64,000 nucleotides of DNA from Clostridiales bacterium (GCA_003522145.1 DPGD01000024.1:14646-78645), one strand, 5' to 3'. Positions 14,366 to 20,616 are shown, numbered from the stretch's first letter. Made by a program: numbers and translations. Notes: generated by a model from the sequence alone, not told the origin.

Positions 14366-15751
14366 ATGCGTTATATTTTGAACCCCAATGTCGCCCTGCG
14401 TTCATGGCAGCTCGTCCCCTACGCCTATTACATAAAGGGTGAACGCAATGCGGCAGGACTGAAAAAAGAAGAATTTGAATTTCTGTCGGCGTGTGACGGA
14501 AAAACCGACCTGCCGACAGAAAACGAAAGCACTCTCGCACACGAACTCATTGAAAAAGGCTTTATCCATAAAGCGGCGAGCGGAGAAAACCTCTCCGATT
14601 GGAGCAAACCCCGCATTTTTGAAAACCGTTATTTTCCCGCCATGAATCTGATGATAACGGGCAAATGCAATTATAATTGTATTCATTGCTTCAATGCCGC
14701 GGACAATGCCCCGCTGATGAGCGAATGGACTATGGATGAAATGAATACGCTTCTCGATCAGGCGCGCGATTGCGGAATCAATGCGTTCACAATCACCGGC
14801 GGCGAGCCTATGCTGCACAAAAATTTCTTTGAAATTATTGAAGGCATCTATTCGCGCGGAATGTTCGTCGAAGAACTGAACACCAACGGCCATTTCATAA
14901 ACAAGCAAGCGCTTGCGTGCCTGAAAAGCATCGGCTGCGTCCCGCTCGTGAAAATATCCTTTGACGGCATCGGTTATCACGATTGGATGCGGAATCATAA
15001 GGGTGCCGAGCAAATTGCGCTGGATGCGATTTCTCACTGTATTGAAAACGGGTTTCCCGTCAAAGTGCAGACCAACATGAACCGCCAAAACTGCGACATA
15101 ATGCTGGAAACGGCCAAAAAGCTGGACGCGATGGGCGTAAGCGAAACGCGGATGATCCGCACGACCGAAGCTCCGCGTTGGGTACAGAATGCCGGCGACG
15201 CCTGCCTTACGTTTGAAGAATATTTTGATAAAGCGATCTGCCTCTGGCAGAAATACGCGGCGGAAGCTCATGATATGAATCTGACCGTATGGCAAGTGGG
15301 AACGCTTTATCCAAAATCAAAATTTTATACCCTTGCCGCCGTCAATTCCTGCACAGGCCAATATCGCCCAAGCGCCCCCGTGTGCAAAGGCAACCGCGGC
15401 ATGGTTGCGGTGGCGGCCAACGGAAATCTTTACCCCTGCCATCAAATGTCCGGCTATTACGAGCAGCACGGATATTTTCTCGGCAACATCAAACAAACTC
15501 CGCTGAAAGAGTTACTTTCGGGCGGAAAATACCTTGACGAAGTCTGCACCACGCTCGGAACACTGAAAGAAAGCAACCGCAAGTGCGGCAATTGTTCCTA
15601 TTTTGAACGCTGTAACGGCGGTTGTCGCGCTATAGCGTTGGCACTTACAGGCGACAGGCTCGGAATCGATCCCTCCAAGTGCCTTTTCTGGGAAAACGGC
15701 TACGCCGAAAAAATTGCGGCGGCTCTGCCGGATTACGAAACAAATATTTAA
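14366..15751 (+). CDS. Radical SAM/SPASM-domain peptide maturase
   Basis: 461 aa. CX3CX2C = CNYNCIHC (aa 101-108). SPASM-type auxiliary cluster motifs: CKGNRGMVAVAANGNLYPC (C-x12-G-x4-C) and CGNCSYFERCNGGC (CX2CX5CX3C). The ~95-aa N-terminal extension before the SAM cluster could be a leader-recognition (RRE/PqqD-like) domain. Confidence 0.92.
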   Translation: MRYILNPNVALRSWQLVPYAYYIKGERNAAGLKKEEFEFLSACDGKTDLPTENESTLAHELIEKGFIHKAASGENLSDWSKPRIFENRYFPAMNLMITGKCNYNCIHCFNAADNAPLMSEWTMDEMNTLLDQARDCGINAFTITGGEPMLHKNFFEIIEGIYSRGMFVEELNTNGHFINKQALACLKSIGCVPLVKISFDGIGYHDWMRNHKGAEQIALDAISHCIENGFPVKVQTNMNRQNCDIMLETAKKLDAMGVSETRMIRTTEAPRWVQNAGDACLTFEEYFDKAICLWQKYAAEAHDMNLTVWQVGTLYPKSKFYTLAAVNSCTGQYRPSAPVCKGNRGMVAVAANGNLYPCHQMSGYYEQHGYFLGNIKQTPLKELLSGGKYLDEVCTTLGTLKESNRKCGNCSYFERCNGGCRAIALALTGDRLGIDPSKCLFWENGYAEKIAAALPDYETNI

Positions 15752-15773
15752 TATAAAGAAAGGACTCACGAAC

Positions 15774-15980
15774 ATGGATAACAAAAACAACGAAACAAAG
15801 GAATACATCCTCACGGAAGAAGAACTGAAAGCCGTTTCCGGCGGCAAATCGTCACAAGTCCCCGGTATTAACTGTCCGCGTTGCGGCAAATTTATTCCGA
15901 CAACCATTACGGATTTACTGGTCCAACCTCGTATCAGATGCCCGTACTGTTTGTTGATACTGAATATCAATCAGAAATAA
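15774..15980 (+). CDS. Precursor peptide P9: short double-glycine leader + 44-aa core with CxxCG-x17-CxxC
   Basis: ATG 15774 (the track ORF opens earlier, at 15714, overlapping the rSAM gene). Leader MDNKNNETKEYILTEEELKAVSGG, core KSSQVPGINCPRCGKFIPTTITDLLVQPRIRCPYCLLILNINQK. Confidence 0.7.
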   Translation: MDNKNNETKEYILTEEELKAVSGGKSSQVPGINCPRCGKFIPTTITDLLVQPRIRCPYCLLILNINQK

Positions 15981-16054
15981 TCTCATATCGGAGCAGCGTC
16001 AACCGACGCGCGGCATAAACCGGAAAAATTCCGGTGCCGTCATAAAACGCAAAA

Positions 16055-16106
16055 CAAGCGATATCTGTCTATCTGAAAGGATAAACTGATATCGCTTGCT
16101 TTTTTA
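16055..16106 (+). terminator. Rho-independent-type terminator closing the RiPP operon
   Basis: 11-bp stem CAAGCGATATC / GATATCGCTTG (22-nt loop) followed by CTTTTTT. Confidence 0.55.
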
Positions 16107-16137
16107 ATATTAAAATTTTGATAAGCGCTCCGGCGCG

Positions 16138-16461
16138 TCATTTCAATGATTCACGGACATAATACGCCTGTATTTCGCTTTCGGTAACAAGAACGGATTC
16201 CTGACGGAAAAAGGCGCAAAAATCTTTTGCAATATCGTTCACAACGGCTTTTTCAACGTCAATGAGAGTAAGCACAAGACTTGTTTCTCTGGCATATTCC
16301 CCGTTTTCATAAATGTATCCGCCTTCCTGTATGCCGAACGAAAACGGCACCTTGTATGAATGACAAACATTGCGAAGCACCCTGATGTACTTCTCGCTTT
16401 CAAACAGCTGTGTTTTCGTGGTTGAATCGTGCAGCCCTATATAAATTTCCGATTTGACCAT
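16138..16461 (-). CDS. Conserved-looking small hypothetical protein
   Basis: 107 aa from ATG 16461, preceded by GGAGGAGGAAGC. MVKSEIYIGLHDSTTKTQLFESEKYIRVLRNVCHSY... I cannot place the family confidently. Confidence 0.55.
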   Translation of the reverse strand: MVKSEIYIGLHDSTTKTQLFESEKYIRVLRNVCHSYKVPFSFGIQEGGYIYENGEYARETSLVLTLIDVEKAVVNDIAKDFCAFFRQESVLVTESEIQAYYVRESLK

Positions 16462-16508
16462 GCTTCCTCCTCCGCTTCCGCGCACTTTTCCGATGCTTCA
16501 TTATACCA

Positions 16509-16537
16509 TAAATCCACGCAGTTTTCAATCTCAATCA
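16509..16537 (-). promoter_or_regulatory. Sigma-A-type promoter TTGAAA-17-TATAAT (extended TG)
   Basis: On the - strand: TTGAAA (16537-16532), 17-nt spacer ending in TGG, TATAAT (16514-16509). It sits about 45 nt upstream of ATG 16461. Confidence 0.5.
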
Positions 16538-16579
16538 CGCAATTTGCGGATGAAGTGCCGACGACAGGGTATATAACCG

Positions 16580-16609
16580 AAAAAAGCACTTGCGGCGCAA
16601 GTGCTTTTT
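16580..16609. terminator. Bidirectional terminator hairpin
   Basis: AAAAA-AGCACTTGC-GGC-GCAAGTGCT-TTTTT. It is placed just downstream of the - strand phage-remnant genes and upstream of the 16509-16537 promoter. Confidence 0.65.
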
Positions 16610-16654
16610 GTGTGTCTACAGGTTAATTTAGATGCCAAATTTGTGTTATCCAAT

Positions 16655-17050
16655 TTAGATGCAGTGCGAAGAAACACTTCTCTCTTGGTGAAACAAGGGC
16701 TTGCAAGTGACCGCTATCTTCCGGGCTTGCAGAGCCATGCTTGTAAACGAGCTTATGTATGCCGTTTCGGTTTCAAAACCGATGTATTGTCTGCCGGTGA
16801 TGGTGAAATCCGCACCGAGCAGACTGCGGATGATTCTGTTCTTGTCACGCAGATAGTTACCTTTGCTGTAAAGAGACACACGTGCCTCCTGCACATCATA
16901 GGAAAGAGCATCGTCTGCATTGAGGGCAAAGCGGTCGGACATAGGCACCGCCACGATATAGGTATCCGGGGCGGTGTCGGTAAACACACCCGTTTCAAGC
17001 GGAATGCCGAGGGGTGTGAGAGTTTGTTTGATGTCTGCAAGGATATTCAT
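16655..17050 (-). CDS. Phage head-tail joining/tail-completion-like protein (family uncertain)
   Basis: 131 aa, 4-nt overlap with the upstream phage gene. Its position after the gp10-like gene is typical of HK97/SPP1-like head-tail modules. The C-terminal ~30 aa look atypical, so it may be junction-derived. Confidence 0.45.
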   Translation of the reverse strand: MNILADIKQTLTPLGIPLETGVFTDTAPDTYIVAVPMSDRFALNADDALSYDVQEARVSLYSKGNYLRDKNRIIRSLLGADFTITGRQYIGFETETAYISSFTSMALQARKIAVTCKPLFHQERSVSSHCI

Positions 17051-17478
17051 AGCTTATCGATCTCCTCGTCAAGTTTTTGCACCATTGCCGAGATACAGGC
17101 AGATTTTGTGCTTGTTTTTGCGGGTTTCAAAAAAGGCTTTGCAGGCTGACCATGCTTGCCGTATTCGAGAATATTTGCAAGCATTGCATTGCTTTTCCCA
17201 TCGGTGCGGTTTTCTGCAAAGCCGATCTTGACATTAAAGTCACCGTTTCTGTCTTGCAAAGCCCCGGAAGTACCGAGAGCAGACAAAAGCTACCCGGTGC
17301 TTCGGCTTTCCTCCTTGAGTTCTTTGCCGATAACTGCGGTAAGGTTGGAGCGAACTTTGTCTTCCACGATTTCCGCACCCGCTTCAAGCACTCTCGGCAA
17401 GATTTCATCGGTTTTTGCACCAAGGCGGGAGACCTTCAAAAGAAACTCCTCCGGCATTTTAATCGTTGCCTTTGCCAC
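17047..17478 (-). pseudogene. HK97 gp10-family phage protein split by an in-frame TAG
   Basis: ORFs 17290-17478 (MAKATIKMPEEFLLKVSRLGAKTDEILPRVLEAGAEIVEDKVRSNL...) and 17047-17286 (...DRNGDFNVKIGFAENRTDGKSNAMLANILEYGKHGQPAKPFLKPA) are in the same frame. They are separated only by the stop at 17290-17292. Confidence 0.7.
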
Positions 17479-17812
17479 TTGCCGTCACCTCCTTACAAAG
17501 CACTTCGATATACATTCCGCGACCTTTCACATTTTCGACCGAGGTGATTTCAAGCCGCTGTCCTGCATCAATAATAAGCATTTTGGTGGTAATCTCCACC
17601 GAAGGGGTGGCACGGAAGCGGAAAAGGTCGGTAGCCGTTGTAAAGGCGGCTCTGCTTGCCCATTTTTTGCTTCCGTGCCGTCCTTCTCGATAGGCGCGTA
17701 CTCTTGCCACCTCTTTATCCATTTGGACAGAAAAGCCCTCGTTGTCCTTCTCGGTGGTAGGCAGTACGATTTGAAGGAAGTGGTCTTGCCGTCCAAGGCT
17801 CATACCGACCAC
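17459..17812 (-). CDS. Phage head-tail adaptor / head-closure protein
   Basis: 117 aa. The pattern RQDHFLQIVLPTTEKDNEGFSVQ...VARVRAYRE...RFRATPSVEITTKMLIIDAGQRLEITSVENVKGRGMYIEV is typical of the SPP1 gp16/HK97 gp9 adaptor family. Confidence 0.7.
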   Translation of the reverse strand: MVGMSLGRQDHFLQIVLPTTEKDNEGFSVQMDKEVARVRAYREGRHGSKKWASRAAFTTATDLFRFRATPSVEITTKMLIIDAGQRLEITSVENVKGRGMYIEVLCKEVTASGKGND

Positions 17813-18120
17813 CTCCTATCCAAGCGGAGCAGAAGGTTTACGGTGTTCCACACTTGTGTTGCCGCCTGTACATTGTCTGCGAAAAAGCCACCCGTCGAGC
17901 CGTCTCTGCTCTCATAAAAGTGAGAGGCAAGCATAATGACCGCTTGCTCTGTGGTCGCAGGCATGGTGTTTTCCGCATAGTAGTTTTCAGGGATGTGCTG
18001 ATAACTCTCGGCATAGGAAACGGCAGCGGTAATAAAGGACTGCAACAGCGTGTCGTCAGCCGAGTGTTCAAGAATTAGGTTCTGCTTGACTTTTGTAAGC
18101 AGGTCATTCATCACCGCCAC
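17800..18120 (-). CDS. Phage gp6-like head-tail connector protein
   Basis: 106 aa. LTKVKQNLILEHSADDTLLQSFITAAVSYAESY...AVIMLASHFYESR matches the gp6-like/DNA-packaging connector pattern. Confidence 0.7.
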   Translation of the reverse strand: MAVMNDLLTKVKQNLILEHSADDTLLQSFITAAVSYAESYQHIPENYYAENTMPATTEQAVIMLASHFYESRDGSTGGFFADNVQAATQVWNTVNLLLRLDRRWSV

Positions 18121-18129
18121 CTCCCGTCA

Positions 18130-18720
18130 TCAGGCAGTTGCCTTCATTTTGAGAAGCTGTACCGCTTCGGGCAGAATGTGCTTGCCGTCCACGCGCTCCT
18201 TGGCAAGGAAGCCGACCATACCGTTGCCTGCAAAGAGTTCCTTGAGTTCTGCAAAGGAACGAGTGCCACGGTCACCGATGTTGTAGTAGGAAAAGTCACC
18301 GAATGCGACAGCCGCACCACCGGCAGCAGGCACCGGGAAGTAAGGAGAGGTGTAAATTTTGTATCCAAGGCAAGTGCCGGGTTCCCCTGCCTGAAGGGGC
18401 GGCTGCCAGAGATACTGGCCGTTCTTGTCCTTGAGTTTGCGAAGAGCAGCCACACACTTGTCATTGGTGAGGAATGCGGCATTCTTGCGGTAAGGACGCT
18501 TGAGGGAGTAGATGAGGTCGATAATCTCATCTGCGGTTACCTCGGATTCGGATGCAGTAACAACACCGACCTGTGCGCCACCGTTGGCGGCAAGCAGACC
18601 GAGGGGCTGACCGACACCCGTGCCGTTGATGAATGCATCCTCCTCGGCATTGGCGAGTGCCTTACCGAACTGCTTGAGGATGTAGCTTTCAAGATTGAAG
18701 GCATTGTCATAAAGTGTCAT
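18130..18720 (-). pseudogene. HK97-family major capsid protein, C-terminal half only
   Basis: 196 aa containing EEDAFINGTGVGQPLGLL...YRKNAAFLTNDKCVAALRKLKDKNGQYLWQP...GYKIYTSPYFP. Full-length capsids are about twice this size. The N-terminal half, plus the protease, portal and terminase genes, are absent. Confidence 0.8.
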
Positions 18721-18944
18721 TTCTTTGATATGATTCTTTTTATCTTCTCGTGAACACTCTCTGAAGCATCCTTGTCAAAGAATGTTCGCACGATATATTT
18801 GGTTTCGTCAATCTCCTTGACAAAGTCAAGCGGCTCGGGATAAAGGCTTGCGGCATAACGCTTTAAGCGATCTTCCTTTGTCATACGAGATTGTGCGATT
18901 ACTATTTCGTCTATCAGTTTGTGAATATCTTGATTCTCGTCCAT
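18717..18944 (-). CDS. Small TnpW-like protein (tentative)
   Basis: 75 aa. The C-terminal EIDETKYIVRTFFDKDASESVHEKIKRIISKK resembles the IGxTTYxVxxxFxxxxxETxxDKIxRLI motif I recall for TnpW-type proteins of clostridial transposons. Its stop overlaps the truncated capsid start (ATGA). Confidence 0.35.
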   Translation of the reverse strand: MDENQDIHKLIDEIVIAQSRMTKEDRLKRYAASLYPEPLDFVKEIDETKYIVRTFFDKDASESVHEKIKRIISKK

Positions 18945-18969
18945 TGGTTTTCCTTTCTTTTTTGAGTTT

Positions 18970-19456
18970 TTGGTAGCGCATCAAACTGATGCGTTAGCTC
19001 ACAATCGTTGTTGGCTTGATAGGACCGCACTGGAAGGACAGATTTCTGCGGCACAGACCGCACTGCAAGCTGCAATCGATCAGGTGCAACAAAATCTTGA
19101 TGATGCCAAAGCAGAACTCGACAAAGCCATTGCAGACGGCGACAAAGCGCTGGACGATAAGATCAAAGCACTGAGCGACGCGCTGGCTGCTGCCAAGACG
19201 GCACTTGATACAACAGGCGAAACCAATAAGACCGTACTGGAAGGACAGATTTCTGCGGCACAGACCACACTTCAGGCTGCAATCGATACGCTGAATGAAA
19301 GACTGGTCACTGCGGAAGACGAGCTGACCGCCGTTCGTTCCGAGACAAAAAAAAGCGCTCGTTACGGCGATCATCGTGATCTGCGCAGTGTTTGCCATAG
19401 CAGATGTTGCGATTTTGACTGTTGTCATGATCCGGACACGAAAAAACAAGAAATGA
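18970..19456 (+). pseudogene. 5'-truncated, frameshifted coiled-coil protein with C-terminal TM anchor
   Basis: The frame is open from 18970 with no convincing start. It encodes Ala/Gln/Asp-rich coiled-coil repeats. After the A8 run (19347-19354) the +1 frame encodes KKALVTAIIVICAVFAIADVAILTVVMIRTRKNKK-stop (19454-19456), a classic TM anchor. Confidence 0.65.
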
Positions 19457-19479
19457 CTTCTCGCAAAATGCTAAAGCAC

Positions 19480-19562
19480 GGGGATGGTAAAAAATTCTTT
19501 CGGAATTTTTTACCATCCCCGACGACATTGGTCTTGGCGGCTTTCAGCCGTCATTTTGCCGC
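19480..19562 (+). repeat. Intergenic hairpin + conserved GGCGGCTTTCAGCCGTCATTTTGCCGC motif (copy A)
   Basis: Hairpin GGGGATGGTAAAAAATTC-TTTC-GGAATTTTTTACCATCCCC (19480-19520), then CGACGACATTGG...GGCGGCTTTCAGCCGTCATTTTGCCGC (19536-19562). A homologous copy lies at 46584-46666. Confidence 0.6.
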
Positions 19563-19696
19563 AACAACCTTCATCCTTCCTTCTGCAAAAAGTCTTGCTT
19601 GCAGCGGCTGTCCGCTGTCTCTGCCAACTTTTTGCAGGTTCAGGTCCGCATCAGAAGGTTGCGGTGGCATCTTTTTCGTTACCTGTTACGAGCAAG

Positions 19697-19740
19697 AGAA
19701 ATCCGAACCCAAAGCCGCTTGGCAAAGGGTTCGGATTTCT
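19697..19740. terminator. Strong stem-loop (14-bp perfect stem) between the island and the his operon
   Basis: AGAAATCCGAACCC-16 nt-GGGTTCGGATTTCT followed by ATATATTTGTTT on the + strand. Confidence 0.45.
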
Positions 19741-19936
19741 ATATATTTGTTTCCGAAAGAAAATAGGTGTTCGGTACAGGCACGGTCGATCTGCCGTTGT
19801 CGGCATCACGCCCGGACATCGGCTATGAGCATATTCTTTGATAGCCGGCGCCAGGCAAAAACGAATTTCAGAACGGTCTTGGGCTCTTTACGCTTGTTTA
19901 TGCCGAGCATTCCGGATATGCCTGAATTCCGGAAAA

Positions 19937-20599
19937 TTATTTTGTCATTTTTTCCTGCTTTACCTTGTGGTCTATAATGTGACGGGAGGCCAGTTCCCTA
20001 TGCACATCCTCCACGGTAATGCCCATCTGCACCATCAGCACCAGCACATGGTACGCCAAATCGGCAATCTCATAGACCGTCTCCTTTTTGTCCTCGGCTT
20101 TTCCGGCGATGATGACCTCCGTCGATTCCTCTCCCACCTTCTTCAGTATTTTGTCCAAGCCTTTATCAAAAAGATAGGTGGTATAGGAGCCCTCGGGCCG
20201 CTTTGCCTTTCGCTCCTCCAACAACCGATAAAGCCCTTCCAGGCTGAATGTGCTAAGCTCTTCGTTCTGCCACACGGGATTTTCAAAGCAGGAAAAGCTT
20301 CCGGTGTGACAGGCCGGCCCCTCCGGCTCCACCACAACGGTCAGTGCGTCTTTGTCGCAATCGGCGGTTATGGAAACAATATTCTGATAGTTTCCGCTGG
20401 TTTCGCCTTTTCTCCACAGCTTCTGACGGGACCGACTGAAAAAGCAGGTCCTTTTTTCCTTTATGGAGATTTCCAGACTTTCCCGATTCATATAGGCAAG
20501 TGTCAGCACCCTTTTGGACACCGAATCCACCACAATGGCCGGAATCAATCCTTTTTCATCAAATTTCAGCTCATTTATATCCACCATGACTTTTACCAC
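19937..20599 (-). CDS. hisI: Bifunctional phosphoribosyl-AMP cyclohydrolase / phosphoribosyl-ATP pyrophosphatase
   Basis: 220 aa. HisI part: LIPAIVVD...[11 protein letters not shown]...[16 protein letters not shown]...[20 protein letters not shown]. HisE part: [24 protein letters not shown]...[14 protein letters not shown]. Confidence 0.95.
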   Translation of the reverse strand: MVKVMVDINELKFDEKGLIPAIVVDSVSKRVLTLAYMNRESLEISIKEKRTCFFSRSRQKLWRKGETSGNYQNIVSITADCDKDALTVVVEPEGPACHTGSFSCFENPVWQNEELSTFSLEGLYRLLEERKAKRPEGSYTTYLFDKGLDKILKKVGEESTEVIIAGKAEDKKETVYEIADLAYHVLVLMVQMGITVEDVHRELASRHIIDHKVKQEKMTK

Positions 20600-20616
20600 C
20601 TTCTTTTAGATTGTCC

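Larger units (their letters stand above)
16655..18720 (-). mobile_element. Degraded prophage head-morphogenesis remnant
   Basis: Five consecutive phage head/neck genes, two of them inactivated. No packaging, tail, lysis or integration genes are present. Confidence 0.8.

Noticed and set aside
16503-16518. A 15-nt identity (TATGGTATAATGAAG) between the promoter at 16509-16537 (- strand) and the lepB promoter at 40798-40812.
   Set aside because: The shared string is essentially an extended -10 element plus a few bases. It is plausibly a coincidence of strong promoters rather than a repeat element.
16625-16662. An 11-nt direct repeat, AATTTAGATGC, at 16625-16635 and 16652-16662 at the end of the prophage remnant. 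It was considered as an att site or target-site duplication.
   Set aside because: The two copies are only 27 nt apart on the same side of the remnant. No matching copy was found at the other boundary, and no integrase is present. An 11-mer repeat in AT-rich DNA is weak evidence.
18970-19977. A 335-aa ORF in the track, treated as one gene.
   Set aside because: It has no credible start. Only the first ~125 codons look like real coiled-coil protein. After the A8 run the frame reads Cys/His/Arg-rich junk, while the +1 frame encodes a TM anchor and stops at 19456. The remainder runs through structured intergenic DNA and into hisIE antisense.
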